Shown piece after piece: positions 24,501-37,100 of a stretch of 64,000 nt of DNA (the first letter of the stretch is position 1; each line of letters starts with the position of its first letter). The DNA comes from Mayamaea pseudoterrestris. Taxonomy: Eukaryota. The notes under the pieces are model-generated. The model saw only the letters and a program-made list of their open reading frames with translations, was not told the origin of the DNA and searched no databases. A program made the translations under genes and the position numbers. The stretch covers positions 124,001 to 188,000 of the forward strand of contig BROI01000011.1 in NCBI GenBank assembly GCA_027923505.1. Direction: 5' to 3'.

Positions 24501-27500
24501 CAATATGATTGCAGTCTTCTGAGACCCCAGCCAAGCATACCATCTTGTTGCGCAGCCTGAATAATGATGTTGGCATCATTCTGGTGTGATTTGGGTGTAT
24601 ACATGGCTTGCTGTAGGGGCGTTTGAATGTCATGGCATCTGCGGGCTGAGACTGGTGACAAGTTGTCACCAATATCATTGCAGTCTTCTGAGACACCATC
24701 CAAGCATACCATCTTGTTGCGCAGCCTGAATAATGATGTTGGCATCATTCTGGTGTGATTTGGGTGTATACATGGCTTGCTGTAGGGGCGTTTGAATGTC
24801 AAGGCATCTGCGGGCTGAGACTGGTGACAAGTTGTCACCAATAATATTGCAGTCTTCTGAGACCCCGCCCAAGCATACCATCTTGTAGAGCAGCCTGAAT
24901 AATGATGTTGGCATCATTCTGGTGTGATTTGGGTGTATACATGGCTTGCTGTAGGGGCGTTTGAATGTCAAGGCATCTGCGGGCTGAGACTGGTGACAAG
25001 TTGTCACCAATATCATTGCAGTCTACTGAGACCCCAGCCAAGCATACCAGCTTGTAGCGCAGCCTGAATAATGATGTTGGCATCATTCTGGTGTGATTTG
25101 GGTGTATACATGGCTTGCTGTAGGGGCGTTTGAATGTCAAGGCATCTGCGGGCTGAGACTGGTGACAAGTTGTCACCAATATCATTGCAGTCTACTGAGA
25201 CACACCCTAGCCATGCATACCAGCTTGTAGCGCAGCCTGAATAATGATGTTGGCATCATTCTGGTGTGATTTGGGTGTATACATGGCTTGCTGTAGGGGC
25301 GTTTGAATGTCAAGGCATCTGCAGGCTGAGACTGGTGACAAGTTGTCACCAATATCATTGCAGTCTACTGAGACACCATCCAAGCATACCAGCTTGTAGC
25401 GCAGCCTGAATAATGATGTTGGCATCATTCTGGTGTGATTTGGGTGTATACATGGCTTGCTGTAGGGGCGTTTGAATGTCAAGGCATCTGCGGGCTGAGA
25501 CTGGTGACAAGTTGTCACCAATATGATTGCAGTCTTCTGAGACCCCAGCCAAGCATACCAGCTTGTAGCGCAGCCTGAATAATGATGTTGGCATCATTCT
25601 GGTGTGATTTGGGTGTATACATGGCTTGCTGTAGGGGCGTTTGAATGTCAAGGCATCTGCGGGCTGAGACTGGTGACAAGTTGTCACCAATATCATTGCA
25701 GTCTTCTGAGACCCCAGCCAAGCATACCAGCTTGTAGCGCAGCCTGAATAATGATGTTGGCATCATTCTGGTGTGATTTGGGTGTATACATGGCTTGCTG
25801 TAGGGGCGTTTGAATGTCAAGGCATCTGCAGGCTGAGACTGGTGACAAGTTGTCACCAATATCATTGCAGTCTACTGAGACACCATCCAAGCATACCATC
25901 TTGTAGCGCAGCCTGAATAATGATGTTGGCATCATTCTGGTGTGATTTGGGTGTATACATGGCTTGCTGTAGGGGCGTTTGAATGTCAACGCATCTGCAG
26001 GCTGAGACTGGTGACAAGTTGTCACCAATATCATTGCAGTCTTCTGAGACCCCAGCCAAGCATACCATCTTGTAGCGCAGCCTGAATAATGATGTTGGCA
26101 TCATTCTGGTGTGATTTGGGTGTATACATGGCTTGCTGTAGGGGCGTTTGAATGTCAAGGCATCTGCGGGCTGAGACTGGTGACAAGTTGTCACCAATAT
26201 CATTGCAGTCTTCTGAGACCCCAGCCAAGCATACCATCTTGTTGCGCAGCCTGAATAATGATGTTGGCATCATTCTGGTGTGATTTGGGTGTATACATGG
26301 CTTGCTGTAGGGGCGTTTGAATGTCAAGGCATCTGCGGGCTGAGACTGGTGACAAGTTGTCACCAATATCATTGCAGTCTTCTGAGACACCATCCAAGCA
26401 TACCATCTTGTTGCGCAGCCTGAATAATGATGTTGGCATCATTCTGGTGTGATTTGGGTGTATACATGGCTTGCTGTAGGGGCGTTTGAATGTCAAGGCT
26501 GCATCTGCAGGCTGAGACTGGTGTCAAGTTGTCACCAATATCATTGCAGTCTTCTGAGACACCCGCCAAGCATACCAGCTTGTAGAGAAGCCTAAATAAT
26601 GATGTTGGCATCATTCTGGTGTGATTTGGGTGTATACATGGCTTGCTGTAGGGGCGTTTGAATGTCAAGGCATCTGCGGGCTGAGACTGGTGACAAGTTG
26701 TCACCAATATCATTGCAGTCTACTGAGACACCATCCAAGCATACCATTTGTAGAGCAGCCTGAATAATGATGTTGGCATCATTCTGGTGTGATTTGGGTG
26801 TATACATGGCTTGCTGTAGGGGCGTTTGAATGTCAAGGCATCTGCGGGCTGAGACTGGTGACAAGTTGTCACCAATATGATTGCAGTCTACTGAGACACC
26901 ATCCAAGCATACCATCTTGTAGCGCAGCCTGAATAATGATGTTGGCATCATTCTGGTGTGATTTGGGTGTATACATGGCTTGCTGTAGGGGCGTTTGAAT
27001 GTCAAGGCATCTGCGGGCTGAGACTGGTGACAAGTTGTCACCAATATCATTGCAGTCTTCTGAGACACCATCCAAGCATACCATCTTGTAGCGCAGCCTG
27101 AATAATGATGTTGGCATCATTCTGGTGTGATTTGGGTGTATACATGGCTTGCTGTAGGGGCGTTTGAATGTCAAGGCATCTGCGGGCTGAGACTGGTGAC
27201 AAGTTGTCACCAATATGATTGCAGTCTACTGAGACCCCAGCCAAGCATACCATCTTGTAGCGCAGCCTGAATAATGATGTTGGCATCATTCTGGTGTGAT
27301 TTGGGTGTATACATGGCTTGCTGTAGGGGCGTTTGAATGTCAAGGCATCTGCGGGCTGAGACTGGTGACAAGTTGTCACCAATATCATTGCAGTCTTCTG
27401 AGACCCCAGCCAAGCATACCATCTTGTTGCGCAGCCTGAATAATGATGTTGGCATCATTCTGGTGTGATTTGGGTGTATACATGGCTTGCTGTAGGGGCG

Positions 27501-30500
27501 TTTGAATGTCAAGGCATCTGCGGGCTGAGACTGGTGACAAGTTGTCACCAATATGATTGCAGTCTACTGAGACACCATCCAAGCATACCAGCTTGTAGAG
27601 CAGCCTGAATAATGATGTTGGCATCATTCTGGTGTGATTTGGGTGTATACATGGCTTGCTGTAGGGGCGTTTGAATGTCAAGGCATCTGCAGGCTGAGAC
27701 TGGTGACAAGTTGTCACCAATATCATTGCAGTCTTCTGAGACCCCAGCCAAGCATACCATCTTGTAGCGCAGCCTGAATAATGATGTTGGCATCATTCTG
27801 GTGTGATTTGGGTGTATACATGGCTTGCTGTAGGGGCGTTTGAATGTCAAGGCATCTGCGGGCTGAGACTGGTGACAAGTTGTCACCAATATCATTGCAG
27901 TCTTCTGAGACCCCAGCCAAGCATACCATCTTGTAGCGCAGCCTGAATAATGATGTTGGCATCATTCTGGTGTGATTTGGGTGTATACATGGCTTGCTGT
28001 AGGGGCGTTTGAATGTCAAGGCATCTGCGGGCTGAGACTGGTGACAAGTTGTCACCAATATCATTGCAGTCTTCTGAGACACCATCCAAGCATACCAGCT
28101 TGTAGCGCAGCCTGAATAATGATGTTGGCATCATTCTGGTGTGATTTGGGTGTATACATGGCTTGCTGTAGGGGCGTTTGAATGTCAAGGCATCTGCGGG
28201 CTGAGACTGGTGACAAGTTGTCACCAATATCATTGCAGTCTTCTGAGACCCCAGCCAAGCATACCAGCTTGTAGCGCAGCCTGAATAATGATGTTGGCAT
28301 CATTCTGGTGTGATTTGGGTGTATACATGGCTTGCTGTAGGGGCGTTTGAATGTCAAGGCATCTGCGGGCTGAGACTGGTGACAAGTTGTCACCAATATG
28401 ATTGCAGTCTACTGAGACACCATCCAAGCATACCAGCTTGTAGCGCAGCCTGAATAATGATGTTGGCATCATTCTGGTGTGATTTGGGTGTATACATGGC
28501 TTGCTGTAGGGGCGTTTGAATGTCAAGGCATCTGCGGGCTGAGACTGGTGACAAGTTGTCACCAATATCATTGCAGTCTACTGAGACACCATCCAAGCAT
28601 ACCATCTTGTAGCGCAGCCTGAATAATGATGTTGGCATCATTCTGGTGTGATTTGGGTGTATACATGGCTTGCTGTAGGGGCGTTTGAATGTCAAGGCAT
28701 CTGCGGGCTGAGACTGGTGACAAGTTGTCACCAATATCATTGCCGTCTTCTAAGACACCAGCCAAGCATTCCAGCTTGTAGAGCAGCCTGAATAATGATG
28801 TTGGCATCATTCTGGTGTGATTTGGGTGTATGCATGGCTTGCTGTAGGGCGTTTGAATGTCAAGGCATCTGCAGGCTGAGACTGGTGACAAGTTGTCACC
28901 AATATCGATGTCTGCGCAGCCTGAATAATGATGTTGGCATCATTCTGGTGTGATTTGGGTGTATACATGGCTTGCTGTAGGGGCATTTGAATGTCAAGGC
29001 ACCTGCAAGCTGAGACTGGTGACAAGTTGTCACCAATATCATTGCAGTCTTCTGAGACACCAGCCAAGCATACCAGCTTGTAGAGCAGCCTCAAGAATGA
29101 TGTTGGCATCATTCTGGTGTGATTTGGTTGTATTCATGGCTTGCTGTAGGGGCGTTTCAATGTCAAGGCATCTGCAGGCTGAGACTGGTGACAAGTTGTC
29201 ACCAATATCATTGCAGTCTGCTGAGACACCATCCAATCATACCAGCTTGTAGAGCAGCCTGAATAATGATGTTGGCATCATTCTGGTGTGATTTGGGTGT
29301 ATACATGGCTTGCTGTAGGGGCGTTTGAATGTCAAGGCATCTGCGGGCTGAGACTGGTGACAAGTTGTCACCAATATCATTGCAGTCTTCTGAGACCATA
29401 GCCTAGCATACCAGCTTGTTGCTTAGCCACAATAATGATTTTGGCATCATTCTGGTGTGACTTGGGTGTATACATGGCTTGCTGTAGGGGCATTTGAATG
29501 TCAAGGCATCTGCGGGCTGAGACTGGTGACAAGTTGTCACCAATCACATTGCAGTCAACTGACACACTATCCAAGCATACCAGCTTGTAGAGCAGCCTGA
29601 TTAATGATGTTGGCATCATTTTGGTGTGATTTGGGTGTATAAATGGCTTGCTGTAGGGGCGTTTGAATGTAAAGGCATCTGCAGGCTGAGACTGGTGACA
29701 AGTTGTCACCAATATCATTGCAGTCTTCTGAGACCTTGGCCAAGCATACCATCTTGTTGCGCAGCCTGAATGATGATGTTGGCATCATTCTGGTGTGATT
29801 TGGGTGTATACATGGCTTGCTGTAGGGGCGTTTGAATGTCAAGGCATCTGCGGGCTGAGACTGGTGACAAGTTGTCACCAATCACATTGCAGTCTACTGA
29901 GACACCATCCAAGCATACCAGCTTGTAGAGCAGCCTGAATAATGATGTTGGCATCATACTGGTGTGATTTGGGTGTATACATGGCTTGCTGTAGGGGCAT
30001 TTGAAAGTCAAGGCATCTGCGGGCTGAGACTGGTGACAAGTTGTCACCAATATCATTGCAGTCTTTTGAGACACCCACCAAGCATACCAGCTTGTAGTGC
30101 AGCCTGAATAATGATGTTGGCATCATTCTGGTGTGATTTGGGTGTATACATGGCTTGCTGTAGGGGCGTTTGAATGTCAAGGCATCTGCGGGCTGAGACT
30201 GGTGACAAGTTGTCACCAATATCATTGCAGTCTTCTGAGACCCCGGCCAAGCATACCATCTTGTTGCGCAGCCTGAATAATGATGTTGGCATCATTCTGG
30301 TGTGATTTGGGTGTATACATGGCTTGCTGTAGGGGCGTTTGAATGTCAAGGCATCTGCGGGCTGAGACTGGTGACAAGTTGTCACCAATATCATTGCAGT
30401 CTTCTGAAACACCCACCAATCATAACAGCTTGTAGCGCAGCCTGAATAATGATGTTGGCATCATTCTGGTGTGATTTGGGTGTATACATGGCTTGCTGTA

Positions 30501-31600
30501 GGGGCATTTGAATGTCAAGGCATCTGCGGGCTGAGACTGGTGACAAGTTGTCACCAATATCATTGCAGTCTTCTGAGACACCTGCCAAGCATACCAGCTT
30601 GTAGATCAGCCTGAATAATGATGTTGGCATCATTCTGGTGTGATTTGGGTGTATACATGACTTGCTGTAGGGGTGTTGGAATGTCAAGGCATCTGCGGGC
30701 TGAGACTGGTGACAAGTTGTCACCAATATCATTGCAGTCTTCTGAGACCCCGGCCAAGCATACCATCTTGTTGCGCTGCCTGAATAATGATGTTGGCATC
30801 ATTCTGGTGTGATTTGGGTGTATACATGGCTTGCTATAGGGGCGTTTGAATGTCAAGGCATCTGCGGGCTGAGACTGGTGACAAGTTGTCACCAATCACA
30901 TTGCAGTCTACTGAGACACCAGCCAAGCATACCAGCTTGTTGCTTAGCCTCAATAATGATTTTGGCATCATTCTGGTGTGATTTGGGTGTATACATGGCT
31001 TGCTGTAGGGGCATTTGAATGTCAAGGGATCTGTGGGTTGAGACTGGTGACAAGTTGTCACCAATAACATTGCAGTCTACTGAGACACCAGCCAAGTATA
31101 CTATCTTGTTGCGCAGCCTCAATAATGATGTTGGGACCATTCTGGTGTGATTTGGGTGTATACATGGCTTGCTGTAAGTGCGTTTGAATGTTTGCCAAGG
31201 CATTTGCAGGCTGAGACTGGTGACAAGTTGTCACCAATATCATTGCAGTATTCTGAGACACCAGCCAAGCACACCATCTTCTTGCGCAGCCTCAAGAATG
31301 ATGTTGGCATCATTCTGGTGTGATTTGGGTGTATACGTGGCTTGCTGTAGGGGTGTTTGAATGTCAAGGCATCTGCGGGCTGAGACTGGTGACAAGTTGT
31401 CACCAATCACATTGCAGTCTTCTGAGACACCAGTCAAGCATACCATCTTGTAGAGTAGCCTCAATAATGATGTTGGCATCATTCTGGTGTGATTTGGGTG
31501 TATAAATGGCTTGCTGTAGGGGCGTTTAAATGTCAAGGCATCTGCGGGCTGAGACTGGTGACAAGTTGTCACCAGTCACATTAGCCACTGAGACACCAGT
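15592..31600 (+). repeat. Satellite array A: 169-bp monomer, ~95 copies
   Basis: Head-to-tail recurrence every 169 bp; homogeneous core with diverged edges. Confidence 0.99.
15731..26203 (+). repeat. 5248-bp (31-monomer) tandem block duplication inside array A
   Basis: 15731-20955 recurs at 20979-26203 with the same rare variants; the ORF track is identical at offset 5248. Confidence 0.93.
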
Positions 31601-31610
31601 AAAAAATTCA

Positions 31611-31694
31611 TTTCTTAAGCCATGTATATACCCAAGGGACACAAGAATGGTGCCAACATGGTATGCCTATACCCAGATGGTGTCTCGTTAGACT
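31611..31694 (-). repeat. Inverted, internally deleted copy of the 169-bp monomer closing array A (TIR-like)
   Basis: AAGCCATGTATATACCCAA..AGAATGGTGCCAACATGGTATGCCT..GATGGTGTCTC is the reverse complement of the monomer. Confidence 0.85.
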
Positions 31695-31954
31695 ATCCTA
31701 CCGACTCTCTGTCAGGTGATTTGGAAACCGATGCGACTAGCCCAGCCCGCCACATCGATGAGCTTTTCACCATGACGACCACGAGGAGAATCACGGAGAT
31801 GCTTGATTTTTAACATTCCGAAGCGATATATATATACAAATCTCGTGGCAATTATAAACTATTCTTGTTCCATTGACGCCACTCTATTGTCAAATGCTTA
31901 CATTTCTGCTGCTTCGAAACAAGTCCGACAGTCAAGATTTGACTGACCACCACG

Positions 31955-32572
31955 ATGCATGCCCTCTGCCTCCCTCATCATTGCGTCGTTTCCAAGACTC
32001 TTCTGATTAATTTAATTGAGATCATCAAGTTGAAGTCATCAAATGACTCTATCAGTGATGTAATATTTGCACTACGCTCAAGACTCGAGCAAGAGAATGA
32101 GCAAGCAACATTCATGTTCTACATTCTACACATCCATCAATCATGCGTCACGGCAAGAAATGCAGTTCGTCGCGGCACCTATGGGGAGAATTTATGCCGA
32201 CAATTTGCAAGTGATCGAATGGAGCAACGGGTGCTTTCAACCGCGTCATGTTACAACTGCCGTCGTACCATTGACAGCCGCCAATCCTTTTTCCTGGCGG
32301 ATATAGCCTGTCGCGCTCGCGCTCCTACGAAGAAATGTTATTGGTGTCACCTTGATAAGAAAGATACAACATCGCTTCGACCTGGATTGACTGGTTCCGA
32401 AATTGCATCTGCGGCATATCCATTCAGTCTCAACATCTTGGAGCGCGCAAGGCTGGCGGCGGAAGAAGGCGCAGTAGCAGCAATTGATCGACTCTATGGA
32501 TCGATGGCCGGGACAAAGCAAGCGTATCTATACGTATATGCGGCCTATAAAAGAAGCATCGGCCACATATAA
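31955..32572 (+). CDS. Hypothetical ORF with two CxxC pairs; may be degraded
   Basis: 205-aa ORF with CYNC and CYWC; no family recognised. Confidence 0.3.
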   Translation: MHALCLPHHCVVSKTLLINLIEIIKLKSSNDSISDVIFALRSRLEQENEQATFMFYILHIHQSCVTARNAVRRGTYGENLCRQFASDRMEQRVLSTASCYNCRRTIDSRQSFFLADIACRARAPTKKCYWCHLDKKDTTSLRPGLTGSEIASAAYPFSLNILERARLAAEEGAVAAIDRLYGSMAGTKQAYLYVYAAYKRSIGHI

Positions 32573-33020
32573 ACATTACTTAAAATCTGCATCGAGAATG
32601 ACGAGGCGGGCAACAGTTCGGACGCAGGCCGATATGGTTTGTCGACAAGTATCAAGCGAGGTTCATCTCGACTGCGAATTTGCCATTTCTACTCGAAAGC
32701 GTTTCTCCCGGCGACGCTAACAAAGACTCACCTGCCAATGACGCCTCTTCTACTCGCAAGAAATGGTGTTAGCGATTGTTTGGTGACGGTTCTTGAGTGA
32801 GAGGCGCGACGAAGCTACATTTATGCAAGTCAAGCACCACCGAACACATTATCACTAGATCCTTTCCAAGGCAGCTGCTTTATCGTAATGTAAATACTCA
32901 TGATCATTACAAAATGCTTATTACTCTAATCATATTGTATGACATCCATCGTTTCCTCAAGGACCAAGCGCAGCATACGGTCGACATTTTCTTCGATGTA
33001 ATAGCGAGCATGCCAATGTA

Positions 33021-33452
33021 CTATTCCTCCATTCCCCTCGTCATGCAGCTAACCAAGAATGTAAACACTGCATTCCAAGAGTCTCTTTCCGCATTAGTTA
33101 GTCGAATATCCAAACATTCTTCTATGCCGTATAGTATTCCTTCCTGCATAATTGGCAAGTGTTCCGGTCGCACCCCCATACTCTTGTGCCGCAAGCCCAA
33201 ATCCTTCAAGTCGTCCTGAATAAACTCCAAGTCGGGTCCCAGAAAAGAGACTGCACAATCCACCATTTCCACAAGCGCCTTGGCATGTCGTCCATAGGTG
33301 GCGTGGCTGCTTGGATCCTGGTCCATTGGCAGTCGATAGACGGCTCGCATGCTTGGGTCGCGCTTCAAAACATGGTCCAATACAATGTCACCAACGACCG
33401 TCTGATAATTGCCAAGCTTTTTGACTCGCTCCCATGTCATAATGACGTTCAT
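33021..33452 (-). CDS. Single-domain globin (3/3 fold, neuroglobin-like)
   Basis: A-helix TWERV, C2 Pro (RDPSM), distal His (GRHAK), proximal His (LGLRHKSMGV), H-helix DSW. A polypyrimidine-CAG just before the ATG suggests a possible upstream exon. Confidence 0.88.
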   Translation of the reverse strand: MNVIMTWERVKKLGNYQTVVGDIVLDHVLKRDPSMRAVYRLPMDQDPSSHATYGRHAKALVEMVDCAVSFLGPDLEFIQDDLKDLGLRHKSMGVRPEHLPIMQEGILYGIEECLDIRLTNAERDSWNAVFTFLVSCMTRGMEE

Positions 33453-34129
33453 CTGAATGAAAAATTAAAGAAAGAAGGACGTAGATGAATGAGCGACTCG
33501 ACGACGAACAACATGAAGGCATGAACATACTCCTATAATGGCAACGAAGCGACAAGCGACCTTGGTCGAGCAAGCAGCATTCAGATACGCATATCAATTG
33601 TCGCCACTCAATGGCTTTGTAGTGTATACGCAAATCCTCTCAGCCTTGATCCGATTGGAAATCGGACCTGTATGACCTGCACGGAAGAGTTGTCGTATCA
33701 GATATGTATATAAACGTACAGTCGTTGCATAGCTAATATCATCAGCGCTCATTATTAAGGCTGTAAGTTATGTTTAGGTATGAATAAAGATGCAAGTGGA
33801 TAGTAGACGCAGCAAGACGGAAAAGGAGTCAATTCTGTGATGGTTGATGGTTGATGGAGTGGATGCCTCGTTGAGCTTCAGCGGCGCGGCGGTCACAAGA
33901 TCGTGGCGTGACAAGCACAAAATGTCCCAAATGACCGCATGGCGTCATATAATATTGCCTCGGAAACACGACCAACGACAACTTCAACTTGGAACGTCTT
34001 CGCGTTCCCGCGACGGTATCGTTAACCGTCACAAATACTCCTACCATAGCCAGCGTCACCTGCCACAGTATTATAACTATCGAATGCCATGGTTGCGCAC
34101 CACCAAACTATGGTAACCTAGTAGTGTAC

Positions 34130-37100
34130 CAATTTAAAAGTGGACTATGTGCCACATAGAAAGGAAGCTCTGCTATGAATCCCAACCAATCAAACTATGG
34201 CCCTGATTGTCTCTTTATCCATTGCTACCTTTAGAAAAGTTATAATTGAGGTGCTATGACACATACAATTTTAATCAACTCATGCTTTTTAAGCAAAACA
34301 GAAGTAAATAGGCTGTATTGCCATGCAACTGTATGCCGTGCAGTAGCAGCGGCAGCACACCAAGAACCTTGGACAACTCCATCATTTACAGCATTGCCAC
34401 CTTCAACCAAGGTATTGGTAAGGTTACACAACTTTACAGATTTGGCGGTCATGCATATCCTTCAAGTGTTGGGAATAGATTTGCTAGCTTCCACATAGCT
34501 AAGGAGCATGCTGCCACACCATGCCACACCATACCCAGCGGCCCGACAAACCACAGAGCTGTGGGAGTAGATGTGCTACTCGGCAAGGAAGCTCTGCTTA
34601 CAAGTCCAAACCAATCAAAAGAAGGCCCTGATTGTCTTGGTAGCCATTTCCACCTCTAGTAAGGGTATAAGTGAGGTACTATGACACATTCAATTTAGGT
34701 CAACTCATGTTTTTAAAGCAAAACAGGAGTAGATAGGCTGTATTGCCATGCAACTGTATGTCATGCAGCAGCAGCAGCGGCAGCGCACCAAGAATGTTGG
34801 CCATCTCCATCATTTGAAGCATTGCCACCTTCAACCCAGCTACTAATGCGGTGAAATGACCTTTACATATTTGGCGGTCATGCATATACGTCAAGTGTTG
34901 GGAATAGATCTGCTAGCTTCCACATAGCTAAGTAGCATGCTGCCACACCACAAAACACCACACCTAGTTGCTCTGGACATCCCCATCAAATATAAGCATT
35001 GCCACCATGGGCCAAACTATCAATGAAGCCTACAAAACCAAACAAACCTGGCAAGCTCAAGTTTTGGGAAAGCTGTGGGAGTAGATGGGCCAAATAGAAC
35101 AACAGCGCAGTCTATGAATCCAAACCAAACAAACTATGGCTCTGATTGTCATTTTAGCCAATGCCACCATTCAACAAGGTATACGTGAGCTACTATGACA
35201 CATGCATTGTTGGACAATTCATGTGTGCCTGGCAAAACAGGAGTAGATACACTGTATTTTGTGCGACTGTATGTCACACAGCAGCAGCGGCAGCACCCGC
35301 AAAACTTTGGCCATCCCCATCATGTGAAGCATTCCCACCTTTCAAAAAGCTTTTGGTATGGTCAGTCAACCTCTACAACCTTGGCGGTCATGCAAATCCT
35401 TCAAGTTTTGGGAGTAGACATGCTAGCTTCCACATAGCTAAGTATCCCATATGTCGCCACACCACACCACGCCACCAGGTATGCTGGGCATCCCCATCAA
35501 TAACCAACATAGCCACCATGGGCCAAACTATCAATAAGGCCAACTAAACCAAACAAACCTGGCAAGCTCAAGTTTTGGGAAAGCCGTGGGAGTAGATGGG
35601 CCAGATAGAACAACAGCGCAGTCAATGAATCCAAACCAATCAAACTATGGCTCTGATTGTCATTTTAGCCATTGCCACCTTTTGACAAGATATACATGAA
35701 GTACTATGACACATTCAATGTTGGACAACTCATGTGTTCCTGGCAAAATAGGAGTAGATACGCTGTATTTTGTGCGACTGTATGTCACGCAGCAGCAATC
35801 GCAGCAGCAATGGCAGCACCCGCAAACTTTGGCCATCCCCATCATGTGAAGCATTCCCACCTTTCAAAAAGCCTTTGGAATGGTCAATCAACCTTTACAA
35901 CCTTGGCGGTCTTGCAAATCCTTTAAGTTTTGTGAGTAGACATGCGAGCTTCCACATAGCTAAGCATCCCATACGTCGCCACACCACACCACACCACCAG
36001 CTCCGCTGGGCATCCCCATCAATTACCAACATTGCCACCATGGGCCAAACTATCAATGAGGCCTACAAAACCAAACAAACCTGGCAAGCTCAAGTTTTGG
36101 GAAAGCTGTGGGAGTAGATGGGCCAAATAGAACAACAGCACAGTCTGTGAATCCAAACCAATCAAACTTTCGCTCTGATTGTCATTTTAGCCAATGCCAC
36201 CTTTCAACAAGGTATACGTGAGCTACTATGACACTTTCAATGTTGGACAACACATGTGTTCCTGGCAAAACAGGAGTAGATACGCTGTATTTTGTGCGAC
36301 GGTATGTCACACACAACAGCAGCGGCAGCACCCGCAAAACTTTGGCCATCCCCATCATGTGAAGCATTCACACCTTTCAAAAAGCTTTTGGTATGGTCAA
36401 TCCACCTCTACAACCTTGGCGGTCATGCAAATCCTTCAAGTTTTGGGGTTAGACATGCAAGCTTCCACATAGCTAAGTATCCCATATGTCGCCACACCAC
36501 ACCTTGCTACCAGGTCTGCTGGGCATCCCCATCCATTACCAACATTGCCACCATGAGCCAAACTATCAATGAGACCAACAAAACCAAACAAACCTGGCAA
36601 GCTCAAGTTTTGGGAAAGCTGAGGGAGTAGATGGGCCAAATAGAACAACAGCGCAGTCTATGAATCCAAACCAATCAAACTATGGCTCTGATTGTCATTT
36701 TAGCCATTGCCACCTTTTGACAAGATATACATGAAGTACTATGACACATTCAATGTTGGACAACTCATGTGTTCCTGGCAAAACAGGAGTAGATACGCTG
36801 TCTTTTGTGCGACTGTATGTCACACAGCAGCAGCGGCAGCACCCGCAAAACTTTGGCCATCCCCATCATGTGAAGCATTCCCACCTTTCAATAAGCTTTT
36901 GGTATGGTCAATCAACTTCTACAACCTTGGCGGTCATGCAAATCCTTCAAGTTTTGGGAGTAGACATGCTGGCTTCCACATAGCTAAGTATCCCGTATGT
37001 CGCCACACCACACCACCAGGTCCGCTGGGCATCCCCATCAATTACCAACATTGCCACCATGGGCCAAACTATCAATGAGGCCTACAAAACCAAACAAACC

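Noticed and set aside
15586..31572. Dozens of ~113-aa minus-strand ORFs (MVTTCHQSQPAD...)
   Set aside because: 169 is not a multiple of 3, so frames rotate through the same DNA and one frame has several stops; these are artefacts of the satellite.
15592..31600. CRISPR-like reading (palindromic repeat plus variable segment)
   Set aside because: Variable parts are point variants of one sequence, not unique spacers; no cas genes; eukaryotic context.
31741..31762. CCCAGCCCGC as an extension of the right inverted terminus
   Set aside because: Short match in otherwise CpG-rich unique sequence; likely chance.
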